NCBI GenBank assembly: GCA_963811415.1
Contig: CAWERG010000007.1
Coordinates: 182,173-246,172, forward strand
Source: an uncultured Actinomycetes bacterium
GTDB taxonomy: Bacteria > Actinomycetota > Thermoleophilia > Gaiellales > Gaiellaceae
Length of the DNA: 64,000 nt
Direction of reading: 5' to 3'
Under the pieces are notes generated by a model that made no database searches, was not told the DNA's origin, and saw only the letters and a list, made by a program, of their open reading frames with translations. Positions 27,574 through 37,422 of the stretch are shown piece by piece (the stretch's first letter is position 1; each line of letters starts with the position of its first letter). The position numbers and the translations under genes were made by a program.

Positions 27574-28313
27574 CCGCGGAGGACGGCCAACACGTCCGCA
27601 GCCAGCTCTCGCCGGCAGATGAGCAGATCGGGCAGCCAGCTCTCCGCCTGGTTGTAGCGAAGTGGCGATCCGTCGGCGCGCGAGGTGTGAAGGCCCGCGG
27701 CAGCCGCGACGGCTACGGGCGCCGCGGAGTCCCAGGCGTACTGACCGCCCGAGTGAACGTAGACGTCGATCTCCCCGCAGACCACTGCCATGGCCTTGGC
27801 GCCGGCCGAGCCCATCGGCACGAGCTCGCCGTCGAGCGCCGCTGCGACCGCTTGTGCCTCTGCGGCCGGCCGGGTGCGCGAGACGGCGATCCGGGGTGAG
27901 CGAGCATCGATCTCCGTCACCGTGGTGGGTGAATCCGTTGCATAGGTCATGCCTTGCCCCGGGAGAGCTACCGCCCCCGCCGTGAGGGCTCCGTCCTCGA
28001 CGAGCGCGACGTGGACTGCCCAGTCGCCGCGTCCGGTCTCTCCAAACTCGCGCGTACCGTCGAGAGGGTCGACGATCCAGACACGGCGTGCGTCGAGGCG
28101 CCGCAGGTCGTCGGGCGCCTCCTCGGAGAGAACTGCGTCGTCGGGGAAATCGCGTCGCAGGAGGTCGAGGAGCAACGCGTTCGAGCGCTGATCACCCTCG
28201 GCGCGGACGTCGTCGGGCGAAGCGCCTTCCTCGAGCCCCGCGCGCACCTCGAGGAGCAACCGGCCTGCCTCGTCGGCGATGCGTCGGGCCGCATCGTGAT
28301 CACCACCGCTCAC
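27570..28313 (-). CDS. cysQ: 3'(2'),5'-bisphosphate nucleotidase (PAP phosphatase)
   Basis: LSEE, WIVDPLDGTREF, VSRTRP, MGSAGAK, GGQYAWDSAAP. Confidence 0.9.
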   Translation of the reverse strand: MSGGDHDAARRIADEAGRLLLEVRAGLEEGASPDDVRAEGDQRSNALLLDLLRRDFPDDAVLSEEAPDDLRRLDARRVWIVDPLDGTREFGETGRGDWAVHVALVEDGALTAGAVALPGQGMTYATDSPTTVTEIDARSPRIAVSRTRPAAEAQAVAAALDGELVPMGSAGAKAMAVVCGEIDVYVHSGGQYAWDSAAPVAVAAAAGLHTSRADGSPLRYNQAESWLPDLLICRRELAADVLAVLRG

Positions 28314-28431
28314 GCTGCGGGATCTCCGCTCTCGGCGCCGTTCGGCGTGGGCAGGCTCAGGAGGGAGGTCGCCAAGGTCGTGAACCGTAGCGACTCGCCC
28401 CGTGCCTCGTCGCGGTACGGCGGCGCTACGC

Positions 28432-29691
28432 TCACGCGGTCCCGTCGGTCGCGAAGACGCGATCGGTGTAGAAGGCGAAGCGCGCGCGAAGCTCGTCGGG
28501 ATCGGCACCGAAGTCGCGCTGGAGATCGTGGTCGATCGCCCCGTATTTGCCACGCTCGTGGTCGTCGAGATACGCCCCGATCTCGGTGCGCGCCTTACCC
28601 GTCATCGGGAGGGCCGCGGCCTCGTAGATGCGTTCGACCATCGCCATGTCGTCGCGGACGAACTCGTCGAAGCGGACGTCGAACCGCTGATCTTTCGGCA
28701 CGAGGCTCACGTCCCGCACATACGCCTCGAGCAGGCGCTGGACGCGATCGACCCAATAGTCGATGTAGTAGTCGGGGTCGACCACGCGCTCTCGTGTTCG
28801 GATCACATAGGCGATCTGCGTCACGATCGACTGCAGGGATGCGACCGGGTCACGGTGCATGAACACGACGAGCGCGTCGGGGTAGACCGTCATGATCGGG
28901 CCGAGCTGCTCGAAGTGCTGTGGGCATTTCAGCACCCAGCGCTTCGAGACGCCGTCCTGCCAGGACATGATCTTCAGCATCGTCTTGCCGAATGCGTAGT
29001 GCGGCGTCTGGTCGTGGGAGAAGTAGTAGTCGCGCCAACGCGGCATCCTGAACATCCACTCCCAGTTGTACGACGCCATGTCGGGCACCATCAGCTCGAG
29101 GTCCTCGTGGATGTGATCGGGATCCATCGGGTGATACGGCGCCATCATCGGGTTGACGAGCTGGAGCCGCTCCCAAGCTTGTTGCGCGCGGACGTAGCGA
29201 GGATCGAGCCCGTCCGGGCCGGGACGTTCGCCCGCAAGCGGAATCGGCTGGAGCGACTCCCAGAACGGCAACGAGCGTAGCCGGCTGTCTGCTCCGATCA
29301 GACCCAGCATGTGCGTCGTGCCGGAGCGTGGCAGTCCGGCGATGATGATCGGGCTCTTGATCTCGAGGTCGTGGATCTCCGGGTGCCGTCGCAGCAGGTC
29401 GATCGCCTGCAGCCGGTTCCCGAGGACACCGACGCAGCGGTTGAAGAAGGTCGCCCGTAGGAGCCCCGTCGCGTTCGAGTGCCCGTCGACCTCTGCCAGG
29501 ATCAGACGGAGGCGCACCCGGAAGTCGTCCGGCCCGAAGTCGTCGAGGCCGACACGGCGGCTCGCGGCGGCAAGCACCGCCTGCTCGGTCAGATCGACGG
29601 GGTGCTCGTCGGCCTCGCGCATCAACCGCTCCTGATCGGCGGTGAGCACGGGCGCGCGCAGGTCGTCGATCAGGAACCGGCGACCGCTCAT
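28432..29691 (-). CDS. PAPS-dependent sulfotransferase (mycobacterial Stf-like)
   Basis: 5'-PSB GLPRSGTT, WVLKCPQH, 3'-PB HRDPVASLQS; start ATG29691 (ATG29751 is an alternative). Confidence 0.9.
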   Translation of the reverse strand: MSGRRFLIDDLRAPVLTADQERLMREADEHPVDLTEQAVLAAASRRVGLDDFGPDDFRVRLRLILAEVDGHSNATGLLRATFFNRCVGVLGNRLQAIDLLRRHPEIHDLEIKSPIIIAGLPRSGTTHMLGLIGADSRLRSLPFWESLQPIPLAGERPGPDGLDPRYVRAQQAWERLQLVNPMMAPYHPMDPDHIHEDLELMVPDMASYNWEWMFRMPRWRDYYFSHDQTPHYAFGKTMLKIMSWQDGVSKRWVLKCPQHFEQLGPIMTVYPDALVVFMHRDPVASLQSIVTQIAYVIRTRERVVDPDYYIDYWVDRVQRLLEAYVRDVSLVPKDQRFDVRFDEFVRDDMAMVERIYEAAALPMTGKARTEIGAYLDDHERGKYGAIDHDLQRDFGADPDELRARFAFYTDRVFATDGTA

Positions 29692-29774
29692 CTGCTTGAT
29701 CTCAGACCCGAGGCGAGGCCGCTCGGTTCTCGTTGGTCGGTCGTCGGGCATAGTCCTGTTGCTGCCCCAGACAT
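29688..29774 (-). CDS. Candidate leaderless 28-aa uORF coupled to the sulfotransferase
   Basis: TACGAT-6nt-ATG29774; MSGAATGLCPTTDQREPSGLASGLRSSR*; stop overlaps ATG29691 as ATGA. Confidence 0.45.
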   Translation of the reverse strand: MSGAATGLCPTTDQREPSGLASGLRSSR

Positions 29775-29833
29775 CCGGCGATCGTAGCGCTCTTGTCTGT
29801 TCAGTGTCTACCGGTCGTTCGTTCGATCACGGT

Positions 29834-29862
29834 TTGACCACCACCAGGCGCTCGACTAGATT
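29834..29862 (+). promoter_or_regulatory. SigA-type promoter, leaderless
   Basis: TTGACC-17bp-TAGATT-7nt-ATG29870. Confidence 0.75.
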
Positions 29863-29869
29863 CCGGACG

Positions 29870-31558
29870 ATGTGGATCGAAGCGACGACGCTCGGTGATC
29901 TCGTCGACCGGACGGCGGCAGTGGCGTAGTGACCATGACGCCCTCGTCTTCCCGGAAGAGCGCGTCACCTATCCGGAGCTGGCGGCGCGGATCGACGATT
30001 TCGCGCGCTCGTTCCGCGCGCTCGGGATCGGGCCCGGCGACAAGGTCGGGATCCTGATGCCGAACCGGCTCGACTTCGTCGCTGGCGCTCCTCGGTGCGG
30101 CCAAGCTCGGGGCGGTCGCGGTGCCGGTGAACGGCCGCTTCAAGGCGTACGAGCTTGGCCACGTGACTCGCGCACGCCGACATCACGGTGCTGCTCGTGG
30201 CGGCCGGGCCGGAGGGTGCGACCGACTACCCGCGAGCTGATCGCGCGAGATGTTCCCGGACGCGGCCGGCCAGGAGCCGCGAGCGCTCGAGCTCGAGGCG
30301 GCGCCGCTGCTGCGACAGGTCGTCGACCTCGGTCGGCGAGGTCGCCGCGGCTTCTTGCTACCGCGCGAGTTCGATTCGGCCGGGGCGGCCGTCACCGAGG
30401 CCGAGGTACGGACGCTGCAGACAGCGCGTGCGGATCCGCGATCGTCGCGCTGCTGATGTACACGTCGGGCACGACGGCGCAGCCGAAGGGCTGCCTGCTC
30501 ACCCACGAGGCGCTCGTCCGCCACGGCGATCACCGTGCAGCGAACGAAGTTCCTTGCGGCCGAGGACGATCGCTTCTGGGATCCGCTGCCGCTGTTCCAC
30601 ATCGGCGGGATCGTCCCGATGCTCGGCTGCCTCGGGATCGGCGCGACCTTCGTCCACGCCGGGCACTTCGATCCCGATCGTCGCTGCACCAGCTCGAGGA
30701 CGAGCGGATCACGGTCGCCTACCCCGCCTTCGAGCCGATCTGGCTCGCGGTCCTCGACCACCCGCGCTACGCGGAGTCCGACCTCAGCTCGATCTGCGCC
30801 TCGTCCAGAACATCGCGACGCCCGAGCGGCTGCGCGACCTGCAGCGGCGCATGCCGTGGCCGCGATCCAGGTCTCCTCGTTCGGCGCGACCGAGTGCTCG
30901 AGCAACCTGACCCTCGCGATCGCGGACGATCCGCGATGGAGTCCGGATCAAGACCCTCGGCACCGTCGTCCCGGGCAGTCGAGATCAAGATCGTCGATCC
31001 CGAGACCGGCGCCGAGCGCGCAGCCCGACGAGGTCGGCGAGCTCTGCCTCCGCGGCTACCCCGGTTCGAGGGCTACTACAAGGATCCGGAGCAGACGGCG
31101 CAGGCGATCGACGCGGACGGCTGGTTCCACACCGGCGACCTCGGCTCGATCGACGCGGACGGTCGGCTTCGCTACTCCGGGCGGCTGAAGGACATGCTCA
31201 AGGTCGGCGGCGAGAACGTCGTCGCGCTCGAGATCGAGGACTATCTCGTGCGCCATCCGCGCGGTCAAGATCGCCCAGGTCGTCGGCGTGCCGGACGCTC
31301 GCTACGACGAGGTGCCGGCTGCGTTCATCGAGCTCGGCCGGGAGCGCACGCCGACCGAGGCCGAGATCATCGAGTTCTGCGTCGGCCAGATCGCGACGTT
31401 CAAGGTGCCGCGCTACGTCCGCTTCGTGACCGAGTGGCCGATGTCGGGGACGAAGATCCAGAAGTTCGTCCTCACGGCAGAATCTGGCGGCCGAGCTCGA
31501 CGCGCGCGGGATCGCCGAGGCGCCGCGCGTCGATTCGCAGCGCCAAACCGTCGCCTAG
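29870..31558 (+). pseudogene. Acyl-CoA synthetase (AMP-binding), multiple frameshifts as sequenced (probably errors)
   Basis: YTSGTTAQPKG, PLPLFHIGG, FGATE, WFHTGDLG, GRLKDMLKVGGEN and FKVPRYV are spread over three frames. Confidence 0.85.
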
Positions 31559-31635
31559 TGCGCTCTCGTAACGTTTGAGGAAGCATGGGCGCTGATCACC
31601 CGGGCCGTGTGCCGTTGCTGCAGATCGGGCCGGTT

Positions 31636-31697
31636 GTGCCTGACTGAAGTCAGGCACGGGTTTCTCTCGGCTTGGCCTGTCTGACTGAAGTGGGCAC
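31636..31697. repeat. Second copy of the REP palindrome plus a degenerate partner
   Basis: GTGCCTGACTGAAGTCAGGCAC (31636-31657) is identical to the core at 534-555; degenerate copy at ~31677-31697; lies between convergent genes. Confidence 0.8.
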
Positions 31698-31778
31698 ACC
31701 AAGCCAGCGCGACGCGGCGGCCCCGAGTGCAACGGTGCGAGCAGGCACCAGGCGCCGTGGCTCCCTTCGCCTGCGGCC

Positions 31779-32284
31779 TCAGGCCTCCCGCTCGGCCGGC
31801 ACGGTAACGCCCTCGCCGGGCTCCCAGGGGCCGTCGACCGGCGGTAGGGGTACGCGAGCTCGACGAGCGGCCGTGGCTCGACTCGGGGGAGATGAACGTC
31901 CAGTGCTGCCACGGGCGTTTCTGGGTCGTTCTGCGAGCTCGGTGCTCGTCAGCTTGACGCCGCTCTCGTCGAGCTCGCTGCGACCGCGTCCGGGAGGTCG
32001 GGTGCGGTGAAGCAGATGTGGTGGACGCCTCGCCGCGCTTCGCGAGCCGGCGGCCGAGCGGGCCGTCGTTGAGCGGGCCGAGAGCAGCTGGATCTCCAGC
32101 CGCTCGGGTTGACGAACGTCGCCGAGGCCATGATGTCCTCGCCCGCCTCCCAGCGCTCGACGAGGACGATCGGCTCCTCGAGCTGGCCGGGATCGAGCTC
32201 GGCCAGGATCTTCGCCAGTCCTCGATCGCCTTGTCGAGGTCGCTGACGACGAGAGCAGACGTGAGCGAATGGTCCTGCCGGCAT
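31779..32284 (-). pseudogene. VOC family protein (methylmalonyl-CoA epimerase-like), frameshifted as sequenced
   Basis: MPAGPFAHVC, IQLL.P, GVHHICF, WTFISPESSHG..VELAY segments in different frames. Confidence 0.6.
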
Positions 32285-32298
32285 GGGCTCCTCCCTGG

Positions 32299-33876
32299 TT
32301 AGCGTGCTGTGAGCTGATGCGGGGCCCGCTGCCCCACGCGAAGTCGATGCCCGTCGGCGATCGCCTCGCGCGTGCGGCGCGGGTCGATCACGTCGTCGAG
32401 AAGTACGGTGCTGCGGCCTCCCAGGGCTCGGACTCGCGCGCCCAGTCGGCGGACAGCTCCTCGACGAGCGCGTCGTGCGCCTCCTTGCCCTCGCTGCTCG
32501 AGCATCTCCTCGAGCCGGCGGCGGTAGACGGTGCGGACGCCGGTCGCCGGCGCCATGAAGCCCATCTCGGCGGTCGGCCAGGCGAGGACGAGGTCGGGGT
32601 GCGTCGGCCGGCCGCCGAGCGCGAAGTGGCCGCCGCCGTAGGCCTTGCGGACGACGACGGCGATCTTCGGCACGCTTGGCGCGCGCGAGCCGGGCGACGA
32701 CGCGCTCGTAGCCGCCGAGGATGCCGCCGCGCTCGGCATCCGAGCCGATCATCAGCCCGGGCACGTCCTGCAGGAAGACGAGCGGGAGGTTGAACGTGTC
32801 GCAGAGGTCGACGAACGCGGCTCCTTCGTCGAGCGCGGGGACGTCCATCACGCCTGCGCGCTGCATCGGCTGGCTCGCGACGACTCCCGACCGCCTGCCC
32901 TTCGATCCGCGCCAAGCAGCAGAGCACGCTGGCGCCGTAGCTTCTCGCCCCACGGCAGGATGCTGTCCGCGTCGAAGATCGCCTCCAGCACCTTGCGCAT
33001 GTCGTAGCCGCGCCTCGGGTCGCTGGGCACGAGCGTGAGCAGCTCTTCGGCGTCTCGGGCCGGCGCGACGGCGGGCGGCGGCGGTGCGGGGTGGTCGGCC
33101 GAGTCCGGGAGGTAGGAGAGCACGCGCTGGATCGCGGCGATCGCCGCCTGCTCGTCGTCGACGACGAGGTGGGCGTTGCCGCTGATCTCGCGTCGAGACC
33201 TTCGGGCCGCCGAGCTCGTCGGCCGTCAGCTCCTCGCCGATCGCCGCCGCGATCACGGGGGGCCCGGAGAGCGCGATCGCCGAGTCCTTCGTCATCACGA
33301 CGTAGTGGCCCATCGCGGCGTGCAGCGCCGAGTCGCCGAAGCTCGCTCCGACGACGGCGATCAGGCGCGGGATCGCGGGCGAGCCCTCCGGGGCCTGCAC
33401 GAAGGTCTGGAAGTCGAACGGCAGCCCCGAGAAGCGCCAGCCCATCACGTCGGGGATCCGGCCGCCGTCGTTGTCGCTGAGGCAGATCAGCGGCAGGCCG
33501 CGCTGAGCGCGGCCCAGAGCGCGATCCGGTTCTGCTTGCGCATGTTCACCTGGCCGGTCGTGCCGGCGAGGACGGTCGCGTCGACCGCGAGCACGCACAC
33601 CTTGCGGCCGCTCGATCCGCGCGAGCCCGGCGACGATCGCGTCGGCCGGAGCGAGCTTCTCGCGCCGGTGCTCGGGCTCGGCGAGAAGCCCGATCTCGAA
33701 GAACGAGCCGGGATCGACGAGCGAGGTCGAGGCGCTCGCGCGCGGTCAGGCGTCCCGGACTCGTGGTGGCGCGCGACCCGCTCCGGCGCCGCCCATCGCG
33801 AGCGCCGCGGCACGCCGCTGCTCGAGCTCGGCCAGGCGCTCGACCGATTCCCGGGCTCCGTCGCGTCGTCGCTCAT
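32299..33876 (-). pseudogene. Acyl-CoA carboxylase carboxyltransferase subunit (PccB-like), frameshifted as sequenced
   Basis: DATVLAGT, DNDGGRI, LSGPPVI, ELGG, LCDTFNLPLVFLQDVPG, RKAYGGG, AWPTAE, DDVIDP segments. Confidence 0.85.
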
Positions 33877-34653
33877 CGTCCCTCGAACTCCGGCGCCGCC
33901 GCTCGTTGAAGGCGGCAGATGCCCTCGCGCGAGGTCGTCGCTGCCCTGCAGCATCGCGACCGCGTCGACGACGTGCGTCGAACCGGTTCCCAGCGTCTCG
34001 CGCCGAGGAACGCCTTGGCCGCCGCGAGCGCGAGCGGCGCCTTCTGCGCGATCGTCTCGGCCCACTCCTCCGCCTCGGCGCGACGTGCTCGCCGGCAGGC
34101 ACGACCTCGTTGACGAGGCCCGCCGCGAGCGCCTGCTGCGGCGTCGAGCGCTGCGCCCGTGAAGATCATGTACTTGAGCGCAGTGCAGGTTCAGGTTCGA
34201 GCGGCCGCGGACGATCGCCGGGCCCGGGCACGAGGCCGACGGCGGTCTCGGGCGTGCCGAAGCGAGCCGTCTCGTCGGCGACGACGAGGTCGCAGACGAT
34301 GGTCAGCTCGCAGCCGCCGCCGAGCGCGTGGCCGTGGACGGCTGCGATCGTCGGGTTCGCGCGCTCCTCGACCGCGAGTAGCGCGCCGATCGCCTCCTCG
34401 GATGTAGGCGCGACGGTCCGCGGTCGCCGTCGAGCTCGCCGAAGCCCTCGATGTCGCCGCCGACCGAGAAGCACTTGCCGGCGCCGTGGAAGACGACGAC
34501 GCGGACGTCGGGGTCTGCGTCCGCGCTGGCCATGGCGTCGCGCAGCTCGCTGCAAGAAGCCGCGCGTCATCGCGTTCAGCTTCTCGGGACGGTCGAGCGT
34601 CAGCCAGGCGATCGAGTCGCGTACGTCAGATCGGAGCACGGACCGTCCATCAT
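33873..34653 (-). pseudogene. Enoyl-CoA hydratase/isomerase, frameshifted as sequenced
   Basis: LTLDRPEKLNAM, FSVGGDI, IAAVHGHALGGGCEL..CDLVVA..FGTPE..GL, P.FEGR. Confidence 0.85.
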
Positions 34654-34681
34654 AACCTGATTCAAACGGCGGTTCGAGAGT

Positions 34682-35545
34682 TCAATTCGCGTGCCGCGCA
34701 CGTGGTACCTCGGCGACTGCAGCGAGCGGAATGTCCCGCTCGTGAGCCCACTCCTCCCACTCGGCGGCCCGGCGAGCTGCGAAGGCGGCGGCAAGCGCCT
34801 CGGCGGTGGCCGGCACTCCGAGCGCTTCTGTCAGCCGTCGCCGGAAGTGCGGTTCGAGCGCTGCGATCGCAACCCTTCCCTCGGCGGCCTCGTACACCGC
34901 GTACAAGGGATCCATGCCTCCGAGCAGGCCCCCGGCCGTCGTGATCCCGTGCCGCAGGGGGAGGGCGAAGTAGGCGGCGCTCTCCGCGAGAGCAACTTCC
35001 GCGTAGCGGGGGGCGTCGGGGTCGTGGTTGCGGGCGAGCAGCAGAGCGAGTGCGGTCGAGACGGTGCGTTCGGCACCACCGAGGTCTGCGACGAGCGTCC
35101 GCGGGAGTACGTCGCCGAGGAGTCCCTCGGTCGCGACATACGTCAGATCGTGACCGGCGAGCTCCTGGTCGGGGGCGGCATGCCCGACGATCGCGACCTG
35201 GACGAGGCGCGGGTAGCTGTGTTCGAGCTCGTGGTAGGCGAGGCCGAGCCGCGCGAGCGCCGACGGCCTCGTCGAGGTGAGGAAGACGTCCGCCTCGCCG
35301 AGCAGCCGACCAAGCTGCGCGCGTCCACTCCCGTGCTTGAGATCGAGTCTGACCACGTGCTGACCCGCGGTGAGCTCCTCGTAGAGCGAGGGCGCGGCAG
35401 ACTCCATCGGATCGCCGGTCGGCGGCTCGACCTTGGTGACAGTTGCACCGAGCCCGATGAGTCGTGCGCTTGCGGCGACGCCCGGCAGGTTGACTCCGGC
35501 GTTTACCACGCGGATACCCGCCAGCGGAAGAACGTGCTCCGTCAC
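34682..35545 (-). CDS. Family III CoA transferase (CaiB/BaiF, racemase-like)
   Basis: PLAGIRVV..NLPG, VTKVEPP.GDP, RLDLK, AGHDLTY, ALEPHF. Confidence 0.88.
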   Translation of the reverse strand: MTEHVLPLAGIRVVNAGVNLPGVAASARLIGLGATVTKVEPPTGDPMESAAPSLYEELTAGQHVVRLDLKHGSGRAQLGRLLGEADVFLTSTRPSALARLGLAYHELEHSYPRLVQVAIVGHAAPDQELAGHDLTYVATEGLLGDVLPRTLVADLGGAERTVSTALALLLARNHDPDAPRYAEVALAESAAYFALPLRHGITTAGGLLGGMDPLYAVYEAAEGRVAIAALEPHFRRRLTEALGVPATAEALAAAFAARRAAEWEEWAHERDIPLAAVAEVPRARHAN

Positions 35546-35633
35546 GCGAAGGATCATCGCAGCTGCGGTGCCCCGGCCGCAGACGACGCTCGAGGCTCGC
35601 GAATTGCGTGGCGACCCTGGTAGGGTCGATCGC

Positions 35634-36026
35634 GTGGGCAACAACCCTTCGATCAGGGATGCGGGACTCGCGAAGCTCGTCGAGGTCTACGGCGACGACC
35701 GCGGGCTCGGCGACCGCCTGGCGTCGCTCACCCCGCAGGGAGGGCCGCTGACCGAGGAGACGGTCGACCATCTCTTCGCGTCCATCTGGGCGAGACCGGG
35801 CCTCTCCGTGCGCGACCGCCGGCTTGCGACGATCGGCTTCACGGCCTCGCTCGGTCGCGTGGATCTCCTCGAGACGCAGATACTCGGTGCGTTGAGGAAC
35901 GGCGAGCTCGACGCCGAGCAACTCGGAGAGCTCGTGCTCCATCTTGCGTATTACGCAGGCTGGCCAAATGCGACCGCAGTCCAGGCCGCCGCCAACTCCG
36001 CACTCGCGATCGCCGAGTCGGACTGA
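35634..36026 (+). CDS. Carboxymuconolactone decarboxylase family protein
   Basis: LFASIWARPGLSVRDRRL..ELVLHLAYYAGWP; GTG is 7 nt after TAGGGT. Confidence 0.85.
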   Translation: MGNNPSIRDAGLAKLVEVYGDDRGLGDRLASLTPQGGPLTEETVDHLFASIWARPGLSVRDRRLATIGFTASLGRVDLLETQILGALRNGELDAEQLGELVLHLAYYAGWPNATAVQAAANSALAIAESD

Positions 36027-36027
36027 G

Positions 36028-36507
36028 ATGCCGCGAATCGCGCCAGCGGAAGAATCCGGCTACTCGAGCCCGTACATGCAGGTGCTCGCCCATTGCCCCG
36101 ACATCGCAGAAGCGTGGTCGGCTCTCGGGCCGGTCGTCCGCTTCGGTGGGGTGCTGCCGCCTGAGCTGAAGGAAGAGGTCCGGCGCTCGACGGCCGCTCA
36201 GATCGGCTGCCATTTCTGCGCGTCGTTCGGTGATCCCAAGGCCGTGTACGAGGACGACCGGGAGGAGCTCGCGGTTCGACTGGCTCGGCGCATCGCCGAC
36301 GATCCCAAGAGCGTCGACGAAGCGCTCTTCGAGGAGCTTCGACTCCGTTTCACCGATCGAGAGATCGTCGAGCTCGTGGCCATGATCTCGTTCGTCGTCG
36401 TCGGCGGACAGACGTTCGGGGCAGCGCTCGGGATCGAGTCTGCGAGTGCCGAGTACGCTCTGGCCTACGAGCAGTGGGTGGAGGACAACATGGCCGCTCG
36501 GGACTGA
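36028..36507 (+). CDS. AhpD-like CMD family protein with CxxC
   Basis: LPPELKE..GCHFC..F.DREIVELV. Confidence 0.8.
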   Translation: MPRIAPAEESGYSSPYMQVLAHCPDIAEAWSALGPVVRFGGVLPPELKEEVRRSTAAQIGCHFCASFGDPKAVYEDDREELAVRLARRIADDPKSVDEALFEELRLRFTDREIVELVAMISFVVVGGQTFGAALGIESASAEYALAYEQWVEDNMAARD

Positions 36508-36523
36508 GGAAGGCGCTTTCCGC

Positions 36524-37387
36524 TCAGGACTGAGGAGCCCGCGTCAGGCCGACGGCGTCGTCGAAGCGCTCCTCGACGATGGTTGCTCCCGGGAGGTCGA
36601 CGCCAAGCGCGGCGGCGAGCGACAGCGCCGCGCCAAGGTCCTTGTGGGCGTAGCTCGCGAGCTGCTTGCGGTGCGCGACCGATGCCTCGTCTGCAGAGGC
36701 CAGGTCGTCGGGACGGATCCTGTGCCGCCCAAGGAGCGCCATCGGCCCGCCCGACCAGCGGTCAGCGGCCTCTGACGCCTCGACGAGTTTCTCGACGTCG
36801 ACCCCCGCCGTCGCAGCGAGCCGCGCGGCCTCCGCCACGACGTACCAGCAGCCGAACACGATTGCGTTGCGGGCGAGCTTCGCCTTCATACCCGCCGTGA
36901 GCGGGCCCATGTGCAGAACCGGATCGCCGAAGCCCTCGATCACCGTGCGTGCGGCCTCGAAGGTCTCGGCATCGCCTCCCACGAGCGCCACGATCTGTCC
37001 CTGCTCGATCGCGCCGCCGCCGCCTGTCACGCCGCAGTCGAGCAGGCCGATCCCCGCCCTGCTGGCCAGGTCACTCGCCCATTCGATCGTCTCGATGCTG
37101 ACGGTGCTGAGGATGACGACGACGGCGGGCGGCGCCTGAGCCGCGACCACGCCGTCGGGCCCGTCGAGAGCGTCGCGCACCTGGGCGTCGTCGAAGACGG
37201 CGACGAGCACCACGTCCCGTCCCTCAGCTGCCTCTCGGGGTGACGCCGCGCCGCGGGCCACGTCCGCGACAGCGTCGATCGCTGCTGGCGAGACGTCGTA
37301 CCCGACGAGGTCATGCCCGGCGCGGGCGAGCGCGCGCGTAGCGCCGCCGCCGATGCGCCCGAGTCCGATCACGCCCACGGAACTCAT
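36524..37387 (-). CDS. Beta-hydroxyacid dehydrogenase family (HIBADH-like)
   Basis: VIGLGRIG, DCGVTGG, GMKAKLARN, KDL. Confidence 0.88.
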   Translation of the reverse strand: MSSVGVIGLGRIGGGATRALARAGHDLVGYDVSPAAIDAVADVARGAASPREAAEGRDVVLVAVFDDAQVRDALDGPDGVVAAQAPPAVVVILSTVSIETIEWASDLASRAGIGLLDCGVTGGGGAIEQGQIVALVGGDAETFEAARTVIEGFGDPVLHMGPLTAGMKAKLARNAIVFGCWYVVAEAARLAATAGVDVEKLVEASEAADRWSGGPMALLGRHRIRPDDLASADEASVAHRKQLASYAHKDLGAALSLAAALGVDLPGATIVEERFDDAVGLTRAPQS

Positions 37388-37393
37388 GCTGGG

Positions 37394-37416
37394 ACGATAC
37401 TCCTGTCGCATAGAAT
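37394..37416. promoter_or_regulatory. Back-to-back leaderless -10 elements
   Basis: TATCGT (minus, 37394-37399) is 6 nt before ATG37387; TAGAAT (plus, 37411-37416) is 6 nt before ATG37423. Confidence 0.7.
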
Positions 37417-37422
37417 CGCGCC

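Noticed and set aside
29870-34653. Programmed frameshifting or RNA-editing system
   Set aside because: Indels are irregular, in both directions and lack shared slippery motifs; sequence error is simpler
34662-34677. KstR operator (TCAAAC-GGCG-GTTCGA)
   Set aside because: The spacer is 4 nt rather than the 2 nt of TnnAACnnGTTnnA; it may be another dyad but is not supportable as KstR
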